Numbered from the stretch's first letter, positions 1 through 8,794 are shown. The stretch: DNA of 64,000 bases from Verrucomicrobiota bacterium (GCA_037044975.1 JBAOIL010000030.1:204802-268801); one strand, 5' to 3'. Made by a program: numbers and translations. Notes: generated by a model from the letters alone, not told the origin.

Positions 1-295
1 AGAATTCGGTGAGATTTGGCGCTAAGGGGTTGGATGGTTCATGGAAAATGGCGGCACATAGGTCGGCATGCAGGGAGACTGCGCTGGCTGGTTTCCCGTG
101 TCAATCGCCGGACGCTCTCGTATTTCTTGCTTTTGCATTCCAGCCGGGGGGAATGATTTCACGCAAACCTCCGAATGCGGCTCTGGCTGAACAACTCGTC
201 TGGCAGTGTCGAAACCGTGCCCCGTTCTCATTCTTGCACGCGGTGTTTGGTGAGCAATTCGCCGTTTCGCATCCAAAGCGACCGGGTAGCCTGCT

Positions 296-901
296 TCAGG
301 CCAGAGCGCGTTCGATGAGCGATTGTTCGCGTGTGTTATACTTTAGTCTCAGCGCTTCGGCGTGCGCGATGGGCGTCATCTTTTTCCATGATTTTTGGAG
401 TGCGTTAATCATCTTCTCGTCGTCTGATTTCGCCGCGAGGGCGGCGAACTGCCGCTCAAGAAACACGAGGCACAGGGCGTCTTCAAGGACGCGGCTGTCG
501 GGATCGTTGGGGAAATTCTTTTTCAGGTTCAACTCCTGCACGCGGCGGACGGTGTCATCGTCATAGCCCACGGCACGGAGAATTTCGCCCGCCTTCTGCG
601 CGTGGAATTTCTTCAAGTCCGCACGCCATTGCAAATAACCCGGGCGCGTCATTGGGTACGAGTCGCGCGGTATGAGCCAGCGGGCGATGTGCTGGCAGCG
701 GGCCGCAAGGCGTAACGGTTCGCTGGCGGCAGGGTTGAGTTTGAGCACCCAGTCGGTGAGCCATTGGGCGTAGATCCGTTCGCGGGGATGGGCTGCTCCG
801 TCGGCGATCTCCACATGTGGATCGTGGGCATTTTTCTCATCGAACCGCTGGAGGGCGGCGGCGAGCCGTTCCGGATCTTTGGATTCAAAATGTGACTGCA
901 T
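296..901 (-). CDS. DUF4202 domain-containing protein
   Basis: 201-aa ORF with a clean ATG. The pattern (RCQHIARW...YLQWR...EDALCLVFLE) matches my memory of the DUF4202 family. The overlapping + strand ORF 9..566 has off-frame composition. Confidence 0.6.
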   Translation of the reverse strand: MQSHFESKDPERLAAALQRFDEKNAHDPHVEIADGAAHPRERIYAQWLTDWVLKLNPAASEPLRLAARCQHIARWLIPRDSYPMTRPGYLQWRADLKKFHAQKAGEILRAVGYDDDTVRRVQELNLKKNFPNDPDSRVLEDALCLVFLERQFAALAAKSDDEKMINALQKSWKKMTPIAHAEALRLKYNTREQSLIERALA

Positions 902-985
902 GACGGGGTTATTTCAGAGCCCGGGCGGGTGGGCAAGGTTGGAGATCAATTCTTTGGGGAAAAAGGTTGTCAAGCGGCATCCGCC

Positions 986-998
986 CTGCTGAACTTGG
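986..998 (+). promoter_or_regulatory. Conserved 13-nt leader CTGCTGAACTTGG (copy 1), shared with the paralog at 4840..4852
   Basis: Identical 13-mer just upstream of the ATG of both small His/Cys paralogs, each preceded by GCAT 5 nt further upstream. It falls in different reading frames relative to the two ATGs, so the conservation is at nucleotide level. Confidence 0.45.
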
Positions 999-1002
999 GG
1001 TG

Positions 1003-1332
1003 ATGCAGTCGCCGTTCCAGAGACAGTCCGTCTGGCTCAAGCCCGCGCTCGCGGGTTTGATGGCGGGGTTGGCCCTGCTGCTGGCGCTAGTCGCGTCCAG
1101 CGAAAGCCTGCATCACCAGTTGCATGGCAATTCCGCGGATGGCCAAAGCCTGTGTGCCATTTGCTCGGTGGTCCGGGGGCAACTGGATGCCCCGGCCTCG
1201 GCCTCGCCCGAAGCCGCCGTGAAGTTTTTTGGTGCATGGACCCTTCCCCACCTTGAATCGGCAAAGGCGCACCCGGTTGATGGCTCCGTAGCTTCTAGTC
1301 GCGATCCGCCGGCTTCTTTTTCTTCCCTGTAA
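1003..1332 (+). CDS. Small membrane-anchored His/Cys-motif protein (paralog A)
   Basis: The ORF track gives 967..1332 with a TTG start; the first ATG is at 1003. One hydrophobic helix (LAGLMAGLALLLALVA) is followed by LHHQLH-x8-C-x2-C-x5-GQLDA. It is a paralog of 4862..5191 (LHHFFH-x8-HHC-x8-GQIDA). Confidence 0.5.
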   Translation: MQSPFQRQSVWLKPALAGLMAGLALLLALVASSESLHHQLHGNSADGQSLCAICSVVRGQLDAPASASPEAAVKFFGAWTLPHLESAKAHPVDGSVASSRDPPASFSSL

Positions 1333-1423
1333 TTCGTCACTGGCTCTTCATGGGCCGGCTTTTTCCGTTTGGTTTTTAACCTTTGGCGTGCCGCGTCGCG
1401 TGGACGCTCTGAATACGAAATTT

Positions 1424-2893
1424 ATGAATCCTTGGAAGATGATGAGAATGACCGTTTTGGTTTCCGCGTTGGTCCTGGCGCCGCAAAGTGCGGTTCGGGC
1501 GCAGGAAACCAATCAAATAAACCAGTTGAAGCGGCAACTGGAGTTGATGCAGGAGAATTTTGAAAAAGTGCAGCGCGCCCAGCGGGAGCAGATCGAGGCG
1601 TTGACCAGACAATTGAATGAGGTTATCCACCAGCAGACGACAACGACGGAGCAAAAGAAGCTGGAGGCACAACTGGCTCTGGATTTGGCGACCAATCAAC
1701 CGGCGGCAACGGCGTCCGCAAATGCCTTGGAGAAGGCGCCGTGGTCCCCGGCGCAGCCACTCACCGTGGCCCGGAGTGGCGCGTCGTACCTAAACTTGAG
1801 CTTTGACGGCATGTTCGCCGTCGGTGGCTCCTCGGCGCAAGATATCGAAGCGCTCGAATTTGGGGGCCACGATCCCAAGCAGAACGGTTTCACCGTGCAA
1901 AACTTGGAGATGACGCTGGACGGCAAGGTAGATCCTTATTTCAAGGGTCAAGCTAACATCGTGTTGCAAATTGACCCCGATGGCGAGACGATCATCGAGG
2001 CGGAGGAGGCGTTTCTGGAAACCATTTCGCTACCGTGGAATTTGCAGGTGAAGGCCGGGCAATATTACACCCAGTTTGGACGGATCAATCCGACGCATCC
2101 GCATACATGGGATTTTGTGGATCAGCCACTCGTCATTGGCCGCTTCCTGGGGCCGGATGGCTTGCGCAATCCAGGCGCACAGGTTTCCTGGCTCGCGCCG
2201 ACGCCTTTTTATTCTGAACTTTTCCTGTCCGTGCAAAACAGTGGGGGTGAAACGGCCACGAGCTTTCGCGATGCAGCGGGCACCGAATTGATCACGCAGC
2301 ATCCCGGCGTGGACACGTCGGTGGAAAACGCGGGCGACATGCTCTATTCGCCGCGCTATGTGATGTCGTTCGATCTGGGGGATGAACATACGTTGGTGTT
2401 GGGCGGATCGGGTGCGTTTGGACCGAACGCCAGTGGGCCGGATGGGCGGACGGCGATCTACGGCGCCGACCTGTTCTACAAATGGAAGTCGCGCAATCAT
2501 GACAAGGGGTTTCCGTTTGTGACGTGGCAGACGGAGTATTTATACAGCCACTATGACGCGGCGGCCTATTCCGGCAGTCCCGGTTTTCCGGCTTCGGCGG
2601 CGACGACCATCAATAATTGGGGCCTATACTCTCAGGTATCGTACGGCTTCCGACCCCGTTGGGTCGCGTCATTACGCGGCGATTACGTGACCGGCCAGCC
2701 GGGTGATTTCTGGGCGAACCCGCTGCTCGACGATCGTTACCGTATCTCGCCGGCGCTGACTTTTTTTCCAAGCGAGTTTTCCAAGATTCGTCTGCAGTAT
2801 AATTACGATCACATCCAGAACACGGGCGTGGAAAACTCGGTGTGGTTCCAATTCGAGTTTCTCCTTGGCGCACACTCGGCGCACCGGTTTTAG
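1424..2893 (+). CDS. Putative outer-membrane beta-barrel porin with N-terminal coiled coil
   Basis: Signal peptide MNPWKMMRMTVLVSALVLAPQSAVRAQE, heptad-like QLKRQLELMQENFEKVQRAQREQIEALTRQLNEV, alternating aromatic/Gly-rich strands and a C-terminal Phe (..HSAHRF). ORF track start 1388 is GTG; the ATG at 1424 is preferred. Confidence 0.6.
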   Translation: MNPWKMMRMTVLVSALVLAPQSAVRAQETNQINQLKRQLELMQENFEKVQRAQREQIEALTRQLNEVIHQQTTTTEQKKLEAQLALDLATNQPAATASANALEKAPWSPAQPLTVARSGASYLNLSFDGMFAVGGSSAQDIEALEFGGHDPKQNGFTVQNLEMTLDGKVDPYFKGQANIVLQIDPDGETIIEAEEAFLETISLPWNLQVKAGQYYTQFGRINPTHPHTWDFVDQPLVIGRFLGPDGLRNPGAQVSWLAPTPFYSELFLSVQNSGGETATSFRDAAGTELITQHPGVDTSVENAGDMLYSPRYVMSFDLGDEHTLVLGGSGAFGPNASGPDGRTAIYGADLFYKWKSRNHDKGFPFVTWQTEYLYSHYDAAAYSGSPGFPASAATTINNWGLYSQVSYGFRPRWVASLRGDYVTGQPGDFWANPLLDDRYRISPALTFFPSEFSKIRLQYNYDHIQNTGVENSVWFQFEFLLGAHSAHRF

Positions 2894-2938
2894 CCGCTCT
2901 CCGCTTTGCACAAACCCATCACCCGATTCAAATTAACC

Positions 2939-3856
2939 ATGAACCATGTTCTCAAGCCCTTGCTGGCCGCGGCCCTGTTAACCGGCGCACTGACGGCGCA
3001 GGCGAAACTGACCATCGTCGTCACCACGCCCGACCTCGCCTCGCTCGCGGAGGCGGTCGGCGGTACGCAAATTGACCTCACCACTTTGGCCCGGCCAACG
3101 GAAGACCCGCACTTTGTGGATGCCAAACCCAGCTTCATCGTGAAGCTCAATCGTGCCGATGCCTTGATTGAAGGTGGCGCGGAGTTGGAAATTGGCTGGC
3201 TGCCGCCGCTGCTCACGGGGGCGCGAAATTCCAAGCTGGCTTCGGGTGCGCTGGGGTACATCCGGGCCAACGAAGGCATTCAAATGCTCGAAGTGCCCAC
3301 CGCACTGGACCGTTCGGAGGGTGACATCCATGCTGCGGGCAATCCGCATTTTCTGGTGGACCCGGAAAACGCGAAGATCATTGCCCGCCACCTCGCGGAC
3401 GTGTTTTGCAAACTGGACGCGGCAAATTGCGCGACCTACCAGACGAACTTGAAGAAGTTCCTGGAGGAATTGGATGTCAAAATGGTGGAGTGGCAAAAGC
3501 AACTTGCGCCCTTCAAAGGCGAGCAGATTGTCGCGTATCACAACTCCTGGGTCTATTTCGCACGCCGCTTTGGCTTGCGGATTGATTTGTTTCTCGAACC
3601 CAAACCAGGCATCCCGCCTTCGCCCGCGCATCTCGCGTCGGTGATCACGAAAATGAAGGCGGACAAGACGCGTGTCATCATTGTGGATCCGTATCTGAAT
3701 CGGCGAACGGCGGAAACCGTGGCGCGAAACACGGGTGCAACGGTGGTGGACGTGGCGCAGATGCCCGGGGGCGTAAAAGGTACGGAGGGCGGCTACATGG
3801 CCTTGATGGACTATTTGGTGAATTCGCTGGCAAAGGCGCTGATTCAAAGGAATTGA
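2939..3856 (+). CDS. Metal ABC transporter substrate-binding protein (ZnuA/TroA, cluster A-I type)
   Basis: Signal peptide, then VVTTPDLASLAEAVGG..., DPHF, NPHFLVDP, YHNSWVYFARRFGL and a C-terminal VVDV... layout typical of ZnuA/TroA-family binding proteins. ATG at 2939 (track start 2906 is TTG). Confidence 0.8.
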   Translation: MNHVLKPLLAAALLTGALTAQAKLTIVVTTPDLASLAEAVGGTQIDLTTLARPTEDPHFVDAKPSFIVKLNRADALIEGGAELEIGWLPPLLTGARNSKLASGALGYIRANEGIQMLEVPTALDRSEGDIHAAGNPHFLVDPENAKIIARHLADVFCKLDAANCATYQTNLKKFLEELDVKMVEWQKQLAPFKGEQIVAYHNSWVYFARRFGLRIDLFLEPKPGIPPSPAHLASVITKMKADKTRVIIVDPYLNRRTAETVARNTGATVVDVAQMPGGVKGTEGGYMALMDYLVNSLAKALIQRN

Positions 3857-3967
3857 AATGTACACAACATCGAAGAAGCACGACTGCCAACCGTTGGTGG
3901 GTGGCCGTTCATGCATTTCGCTGGATGCTGAGCGTTCGCGGTTGGCTGGCTGTTACCCGGGTTATTT

Positions 3968-4792
3968 ATGACTGAGATCCTCTCCGTAATGAAATGGCCG
4001 CTGGTCGCGTGTTTGTTGCTGCCGGGCATCCTGGTTTATTACGGGCTGCACATCATCCGGCGCGAAGTCATCTTCGTTGACCTCGCGCTGGCGCAGGTAG
4101 CCACGCTTGGTACGTGCGTTTGTTTGTTCCTCGGCCATGAGCCTGACGATCCGCACAACTATTTTTGGTCGCTCGGTTTCACGCTGGTGGGTGCGTTGGT
4201 GTTCACGTTCACGCGTGCGACGAGGCACGCGAAGGTACCGCAGGAGGCGCTGATCGGCATTACTTACGTCGTGGCGGCAGCGGCGGGGATTTTGTTGTTA
4301 AGCAAAAGCCCGCACGGCAAGGAGGAACTCCAACGTACGCTTGTCGGCGACCTGCTTACGGTGACGCCGGTGGAAATCGGAAAAACCGCCGCACTCTACG
4401 CCGTCATTGCGATCGTGCATTTTATCTTCCGGAAACAATTCATCCGGCTTTCCTGGGATCACGAGCATGCGGCGGCCGGCGGACTGTCCGTGCATTTCTG
4501 GGACTTTCTTTTTTACGCCCTGTTCGGTCTGATCGTGACCAGCTTCGTGCAAGTGGGTGGGGTGCTCATGGTATTCTCCTATCTCATTGTGCCAGCGGCG
4601 TGCGGGACATATCTGGCGGTCTCCCTGCCGGCGCGACTCGCTATCGGCTGGTGCGTGGCGACCATGGCGAGCGTCGGTGGACTTTACGCGTCATTCAAGC
4701 TCGACGTGCCTACGGGCGCCGCCATCGTGTGCGTGCTGGGGGTGACCTTGTTGCTGGCGGTGATCGCGCAGAAGTTCCGGCGCCCTGCTTGA
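3968..4792 (+). CDS. Metal ABC transporter permease (ZnuB/TroC-D family)
   Basis: 274 aa, multi-pass. FVDLALAQVATLG and LLSKSP...LVGDLLTV resemble the ABC-3 (ZnuB-type) permease family. It lies directly downstream of the binding protein. Confidence 0.75.
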   Translation: MTEILSVMKWPLVACLLLPGILVYYGLHIIRREVIFVDLALAQVATLGTCVCLFLGHEPDDPHNYFWSLGFTLVGALVFTFTRATRHAKVPQEALIGITYVVAAAAGILLLSKSPHGKEELQRTLVGDLLTVTPVEIGKTAALYAVIAIVHFIFRKQFIRLSWDHEHAAAGGLSVHFWDFLFYALFGLIVTSFVQVGGVLMVFSYLIVPAACGTYLAVSLPARLAIGWCVATMASVGGLYASFKLDVPTGAAIVCVLGVTLLLAVIAQKFRRPA

Positions 4793-4795
4793 GGC

Positions 4796-4810
4796 TGCAA
4801 GTCACTTGCA
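4796..4810. promoter_or_regulatory. Perfect 15-bp palindrome TGCAAGT-C-ACTTGCA (candidate operator)
   Basis: 7-1-7 inverted repeat 4 nt after the permease stop and about 50 nt upstream of paralog B. A 1-nt spacer cannot form a stable hairpin loop, so a dimeric protein site is more plausible than a terminator. It is followed by the TGCATGCA palindrome at 4832..4839. Confidence 0.35.
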
Positions 4811-4839
4811 AATAATACCATGGTTGTTGTGCATGCAAT

Positions 4840-4852
4840 CTGCTGAACTTGG
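4840..4852 (+). promoter_or_regulatory. Conserved 13-nt leader CTGCTGAACTTGG (copy 2)
   Basis: Identical to 986..998. It lies 9 nt upstream of the ATG at 4862. Confidence 0.45.
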
Positions 4853-4861
4853 TTCGTTGGA

Positions 4862-5191
4862 ATGAATCGAAGACTGAAAAAATCAAGTGACACCGTTCCG
4901 CTCCGATGGGCGCGGGCGGGGCTGTTGCTTGGCCTGTTCCTTTTTGTGCTGGCGCTGGCTCAATTCGGGGCGCTGCACCATTTCTTCCATGCCGACTCCA
5001 AGCAGCCAAACCATCACTGCGCCGCCACCATGCTGGCCGGTGGTCAGATTGACGCTGCTCCGCCATGCGCAGTAGCCGTAGTGGTTTCTCCGATCCAGTT
5101 CGTGGTGACCATCACCGAGCTGTTTCCCATTTTCGTCTCGTTTGATTTCACCCTTCCTCTCAGTTGCGGCCCGCCCGCACTCCGCTCCTAA
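4862..5191 (+). CDS. Small membrane-anchored His/Cys-motif protein (paralog B)
   Basis: 109 aa. Basic N-terminus, TM helix LLLGLFLFVLALAQFGA, then LHHFFHADSKQPNHHCAATMLAGGQIDAAPP. It aligns with paralog A over the motif region. Confidence 0.55.
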   Translation: MNRRLKKSSDTVPLRWARAGLLLGLFLFVLALAQFGALHHFFHADSKQPNHHCAATMLAGGQIDAAPPCAVAVVVSPIQFVVTITELFPIFVSFDFTLPLSCGPPALRS

Positions 5192-5336
5192 GTCGTAGTT
5201 GGTCTTTTCCGGGGTGGTGGTTCGCGCAAGCGAATTGTCGCCGCTTTCGGAAAGGAAATTTCCCTCAAGTTAATTCCGTTCGGGTTTTTCGTGCCCGGAT
5301 TCACTGCGCGTGGATCAAAAGACGAAAAGCAACATT

Positions 5337-6017
5337 ATGAAAACGAACCGGGCGATGAATCGCCGTGGTGGGTTCACTTTGATCGAATTGCTGGTGGTGA
5401 TTGCCATCATAGCAATTCTGGCGGCCATGCTTTTGCCAGCATTGGCTAAGGCCAAGAGCAAAGCGTACTCCGTCAGTTGCATCTCGAATATGCGGCAGAT
5501 CGGCATTGCAATGAACCTGTATGCCGAGGACAACAGCGGTTGGCTGCCTACCACCACCCACGGCGGCAGCACCAACGCCTCATGGATTTATCAGCTCGCC
5601 AGTCAACTTGCCAACGTGGATCGCGTCCGGCTCTGTCCCGCTGATCCCAAACGCGAGGAGCGATTGACGGCTCATGCCTCAAGCTACACTCAGAACGAAT
5701 TCGTCTTCGTGGATCTCACGGACCCGTTTGGTCGGATTTTGGAGTCCTATCGCAAATTCGCCACGATCCCGAAGCCCTCGCTGACCATCACCACGTTCGA
5801 CATTTCCGACACCGTCGGGATGAACGTGATGAACGATCACACGCATTCCCGGCAATGGCTGCTCGGCTGGAGTTCCGTCACGGCGGACATTCAACCCACG
5901 CGCCACGGCCAGTCGGCCAACTACCTGTTTGCCGACAGCCACGTGGAAAGCATTCGGGCGGAGAAACTCAAGGCGCGCATTGCTGCCGGTGACAATTTCG
6001 CCAAGCCGCCGAAGTAA
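5337..6017 (+). CDS. Prepilin-type N-terminal cleavage/methylation domain protein (DUF1559/H-X9-DG-like pseudopilin)
   Basis: [30 protein letters not shown]-terminal pilin-like signal. C-terminal [13 protein letters not shown] resembles the H-X9-DG motif region. ATG at 5337 (track start 5310 is GTG). Confidence 0.8.
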   Translation: MKTNRAMNRRGGFTLIELLVVIAIIAILAAMLLPALAKAKSKAYSVSCISNMRQIGIAMNLYAEDNSGWLPTTTHGGSTNASWIYQLASQLANVDRVRLCPADPKREERLTAHASSYTQNEFVFVDLTDPFGRILESYRKFATIPKPSLTITTFDISDTVGMNVMNDHTHSRQWLLGWSSVTADIQPTRHGQSANYLFADSHVESIRAEKLKARIAAGDNFAKPPK

Positions 6018-6093
6018 GAAACCAAAACAAAAATCAATTTCACGGTGCGAGCCGTGATTCACGAGACAAACCCAGTAGTAAAAAACAAGTAGC

Positions 6094-6837
6094 ATGAAAA
6101 AACAAAACACTCAGATCATCGGTCACATCCGCCAGCTTGGGCTGGCGGCACTGTTGACCACGGGCCTGGCGTCCCAGGCGCAAACCTACCTTTGGGAGGG
6201 ACACACTGATGTCGGTATCGTCTATGAACTCGGCGCGTGGAACCTGCACATCGGCCGGCACGATGACATCCCGCCGATGGAATACGCGCCCAACGAGGCC
6301 GTTCTTGGCGTGGACCTTCTGGCAGCCGGCACGACAGTGCCCGCCAATCCACAGTATGGCTTCCTCGGCACAGCGGGCAGTCCGGTCTGGATTCTGCCGG
6401 AGGTGCAAAACCCGGCCCTCCTGTTCCTGGGCTTCGGCACGGAAGAATTGGCGAACGGCCTGTTCGTCGGCGACCAGGTGACGATGAGCTTGCAAGCCGT
6501 CAGGGGGCCCGGCCAGTTCTCCGTCTATGACGTGGACATGTTCGGCAGTCCTAACGTGTTCATGAACTCTGGCAACGGCATCACCGGTGCCGATTCCATC
6601 GTGCTGCCCGCCGGCGGGCATCAACATGCGAACTGGGCTTTCAGCACGCCCGGCACCTACGAGGTGGACTTCAATGCTTCCGGCACGCTCGTGGACGGCA
6701 ATGTCTTCACTTCCAGTGGTCCGATTACCTACACCTTCGAGGTCGCGGCGGTGCCGGAGCCGAGCGCTCTGGCGCTGCTTCTCTTGGGCGGTTTCGGGTT
6801 GGCGGGTTTCGCGCGCCGTCGGAATGATCGCGCTTGA
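6094..6837 (+). CDS. Choice-of-anchor-M / TIGR03769-like surface protein with PEP-CTERM anchor
   Basis: Signal peptide; GHTDVG; VPANPQYGFLGTAGSPVWILPEVQ; GPGQFSVY; GGHQHANWAFSTPGTYEVDF. C-terminal VPEPSALALLLLGGFGLAGFARRR is a PEP motif plus TM helix plus Arg cluster. Confidence 0.8.
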   Translation: MKKQNTQIIGHIRQLGLAALLTTGLASQAQTYLWEGHTDVGIVYELGAWNLHIGRHDDIPPMEYAPNEAVLGVDLLAAGTTVPANPQYGFLGTAGSPVWILPEVQNPALLFLGFGTEELANGLFVGDQVTMSLQAVRGPGQFSVYDVDMFGSPNVFMNSGNGITGADSIVLPAGGHQHANWAFSTPGTYEVDFNASGTLVDGNVFTSSGPITYTFEVAAVPEPSALALLLLGGFGLAGFARRRNDRA

Positions 6838-6899
6838 GAACAGTTCACGCGGCGGTCCGGGTGTTCGCGTCCGGGCCGCCGCACTTTTTCCTGAATGAC

Positions 6900-7940
6900 A
6901 TGAAACAACTATTTTTCACCGCTGTCACCACCCTGGCCCTCGCCGTTGCGCCGCGCGCTTCCGCCCAGTGCTTCCAATTCACCGATGGGCATGTGGACTT
7001 GCTGGCTGTGAACTGGAACAGCGCCAGCAATCAACTCACCCTCATGGCTTCCGATGATGCTTCGGGACTGCTTTACGCCAGCAACCAGTGCGTCGTCATC
7101 TGCCCGGAGAGCATGAAATTCACCTTGCCCGCCGGCACCCCGCTCGGCAACGAGGGTGACCCGCTGTGGATTCTCCCGCAGAATCCTTACACCGGCGTGC
7201 CGTATGTCGGGATTTCCGCCGAGTCGGTCACCACCGGTGTGTTCAACGATCCGTTCACACTGACACTGACGCGCCTGGAAGGCCCGGGCCAGTTCATTGT
7301 CTGGCAGGCGGGTTCGTTCGGAGGCTTCGACGTCAAAATGGACACGCGGGACGGCATTGGCGCGAACGATTCACTGACATTGCTCGTTGGCGGACACGCC
7401 CACTACAACTGGGGCTTCACCACCAACGGCGTCTATCGCGCCTATTTCCAAGCCTCCGGCGTTCGCGTCGGCCAAAGCACCAACACTGTTTCGCCGGAGA
7501 CACCGTTCACATTCCACGTGGTGCCACTGCGCCCGTTTGAGAACTGGACTGCCACCAACTGGCCGTGCGAGTGCGCCACCAACATCATCGCCGCCAGCGC
7601 CGACCCGGATGGGGATCGAATCGTCAACGTGTTGGAATACGCCTTCGGCAATAACCCGCATGTCGCGCTCTACACGAATGTGCCCGCAATCACCTTCGTC
7701 ACCGACAGCGGAACGAATTACGGTGCGCTGCGTTTTGTCCAGGCGACCAACGCCACGGACCTCACCTTCAATCCCGTGGCCGCCGATTCCGTGACAAGCG
7801 CAATCTGGTCAAGCCTCACCAATACCGTCAGCGTCGTCACCAATGGCGCAACCCAAACAATGACTGTGCGCGACTCGCTTTCCATGGAGGGGACGACCAA
7901 TCGCTTCTACCAACTTCGCGTGAAATTGAACTACCCATGA
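6900..7940 (+). CDS. Choice-of-anchor-M / TIGR03769-like secreted protein with C-terminal DPDGD/EYAFG module
   Basis: Signal peptide MKQLFFTAVTTLALAVAPRASAQ; GHVDLL; GDPLWILPQNP; GPGQFIVW; GGHAHYNWGFTTNGVYRAYF; then DPDGDRIVNVLEYAFGNNP and a terminal ...RFYQLRV module. The stop overlaps the next gene's ATG (ATGA). Confidence 0.75.
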   Translation: MKQLFFTAVTTLALAVAPRASAQCFQFTDGHVDLLAVNWNSASNQLTLMASDDASGLLYASNQCVVICPESMKFTLPAGTPLGNEGDPLWILPQNPYTGVPYVGISAESVTTGVFNDPFTLTLTRLEGPGQFIVWQAGSFGGFDVKMDTRDGIGANDSLTLLVGGHAHYNWGFTTNGVYRAYFQASGVRVGQSTNTVSPETPFTFHVVPLRPFENWTATNWPCECATNIIAASADPDGDRIVNVLEYAFGNNPHVALYTNVPAITFVTDSGTNYGALRFVQATNATDLTFNPVAADSVTSAIWSSLTNTVSVVTNGATQTMTVRDSLSMEGTTNRFYQLRVKLNYP

Positions 7941-8791
7941 ATACCATGCTCGAAACCTCGAAACCCGCCGCACCCGCTCGTGGCGCGGCAGCCCTACCGG
8001 CCGGCCGCGATCAACTCAACGGCAATCCGGTTGGCTTCAAACCCGACGTCATCACGATCAAGAACCTGCGCATCGAGTATCGCTCGCGCGAGTTGGGCAG
8101 CCAGAAGAAACTCGCCGTGAAGGACCTTTCGCTCTCGGTTCATGCGGGCGAGGTGTTCGGTTTCCTCGGGCCGAATGGTGCGGGCAAAACCTCGACGATG
8201 AACGTGCTTTTGGGTTTCGTGCCGCCGACCAGTGGAACGGCGAACATTTTCGGCGTGAACGTGCAGCAAACCATCGCGCGGCAGCGGCTCGGTTATCTGC
8301 CGGAGTTGACCTACTACTACAAGTTTCTCACGGCGGAGGAATTGTTGCGGTTCTATTCGCGCATCTTCGGCATCGAGAAAGCCGAGCGCGAGCGGCGCAT
8401 TGATGCCGTGTTGAAACTGGTGGAACTGGAACACGCGCGCAAGCGACTCATCAAAACCTACTCGAAAGGAATGCAGCAGCGCGTCGGTCTCGCGCAGGCG
8501 CTCATCAATAATCCCGATCTGCTCATTCTCGACGAACCCACGAGCGGCCTCGATCCGCTGGGCCGCATGAAAGTGCGCGACATCATCAAACGCCTCAAGA
8601 ACGAGGGCAAAACGGTGTTCTTCTCCTCGCACGAACTCGGCGAAGTGGAAACTGTCTGCGACCGCGTTGCCATTATGCACGAGGGCGAACTCAAGGTGGC
8701 AGGTCGCGTGGACGACCTCGCGCAACAGCATCAGTGCAACCTCGAACAATTGTTCCTCAAGATCGTGGGCTATCAACCGGAGAATCTCTGA
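7937..8791 (+). CDS. ABC transporter ATP-binding protein (ABC-2/NosF/CcmA-like subfamily)
   Basis: Walker A GPNGAGKTS, signature YSKGMQQRVGLA, Walker B LLILDEPTSGLD, H-loop SSHEL. Confidence 0.9.
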   Translation: MNTMLETSKPAAPARGAAALPAGRDQLNGNPVGFKPDVITIKNLRIEYRSRELGSQKKLAVKDLSLSVHAGEVFGFLGPNGAGKTSTMNVLLGFVPPTSGTANIFGVNVQQTIARQRLGYLPELTYYYKFLTAEELLRFYSRIFGIEKAERERRIDAVLKLVELEHARKRLIKTYSKGMQQRVGLAQALINNPDLLILDEPTSGLDPLGRMKVRDIIKRLKNEGKTVFFSSHELGEVETVCDRVAIMHEGELKVAGRVDDLAQQHQCNLEQLFLKIVGYQPENL

Positions 8792-8794
8792 CCT

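Noticed and set aside
9-566. ORFs 9-566 (+) and 22-276 (-) at the left edge
   Set aside because: 9-566 is antisense to the DUF4202 gene over half its length and has off-frame composition. 22-276 has no motif, no convincing start context and unusual composition. Region 1-295 is left unannotated.
5254-5263. 10-bp palindrome GGAAATTTCC upstream of the pseudopilin-like gene, and hairpin TCACGG-n6-CCGTGA at 6040-6057
   Set aside because: Both are short enough to occur by chance, and neither is repeated elsewhere in the island. They are noted, but there is not enough support to call them regulatory.
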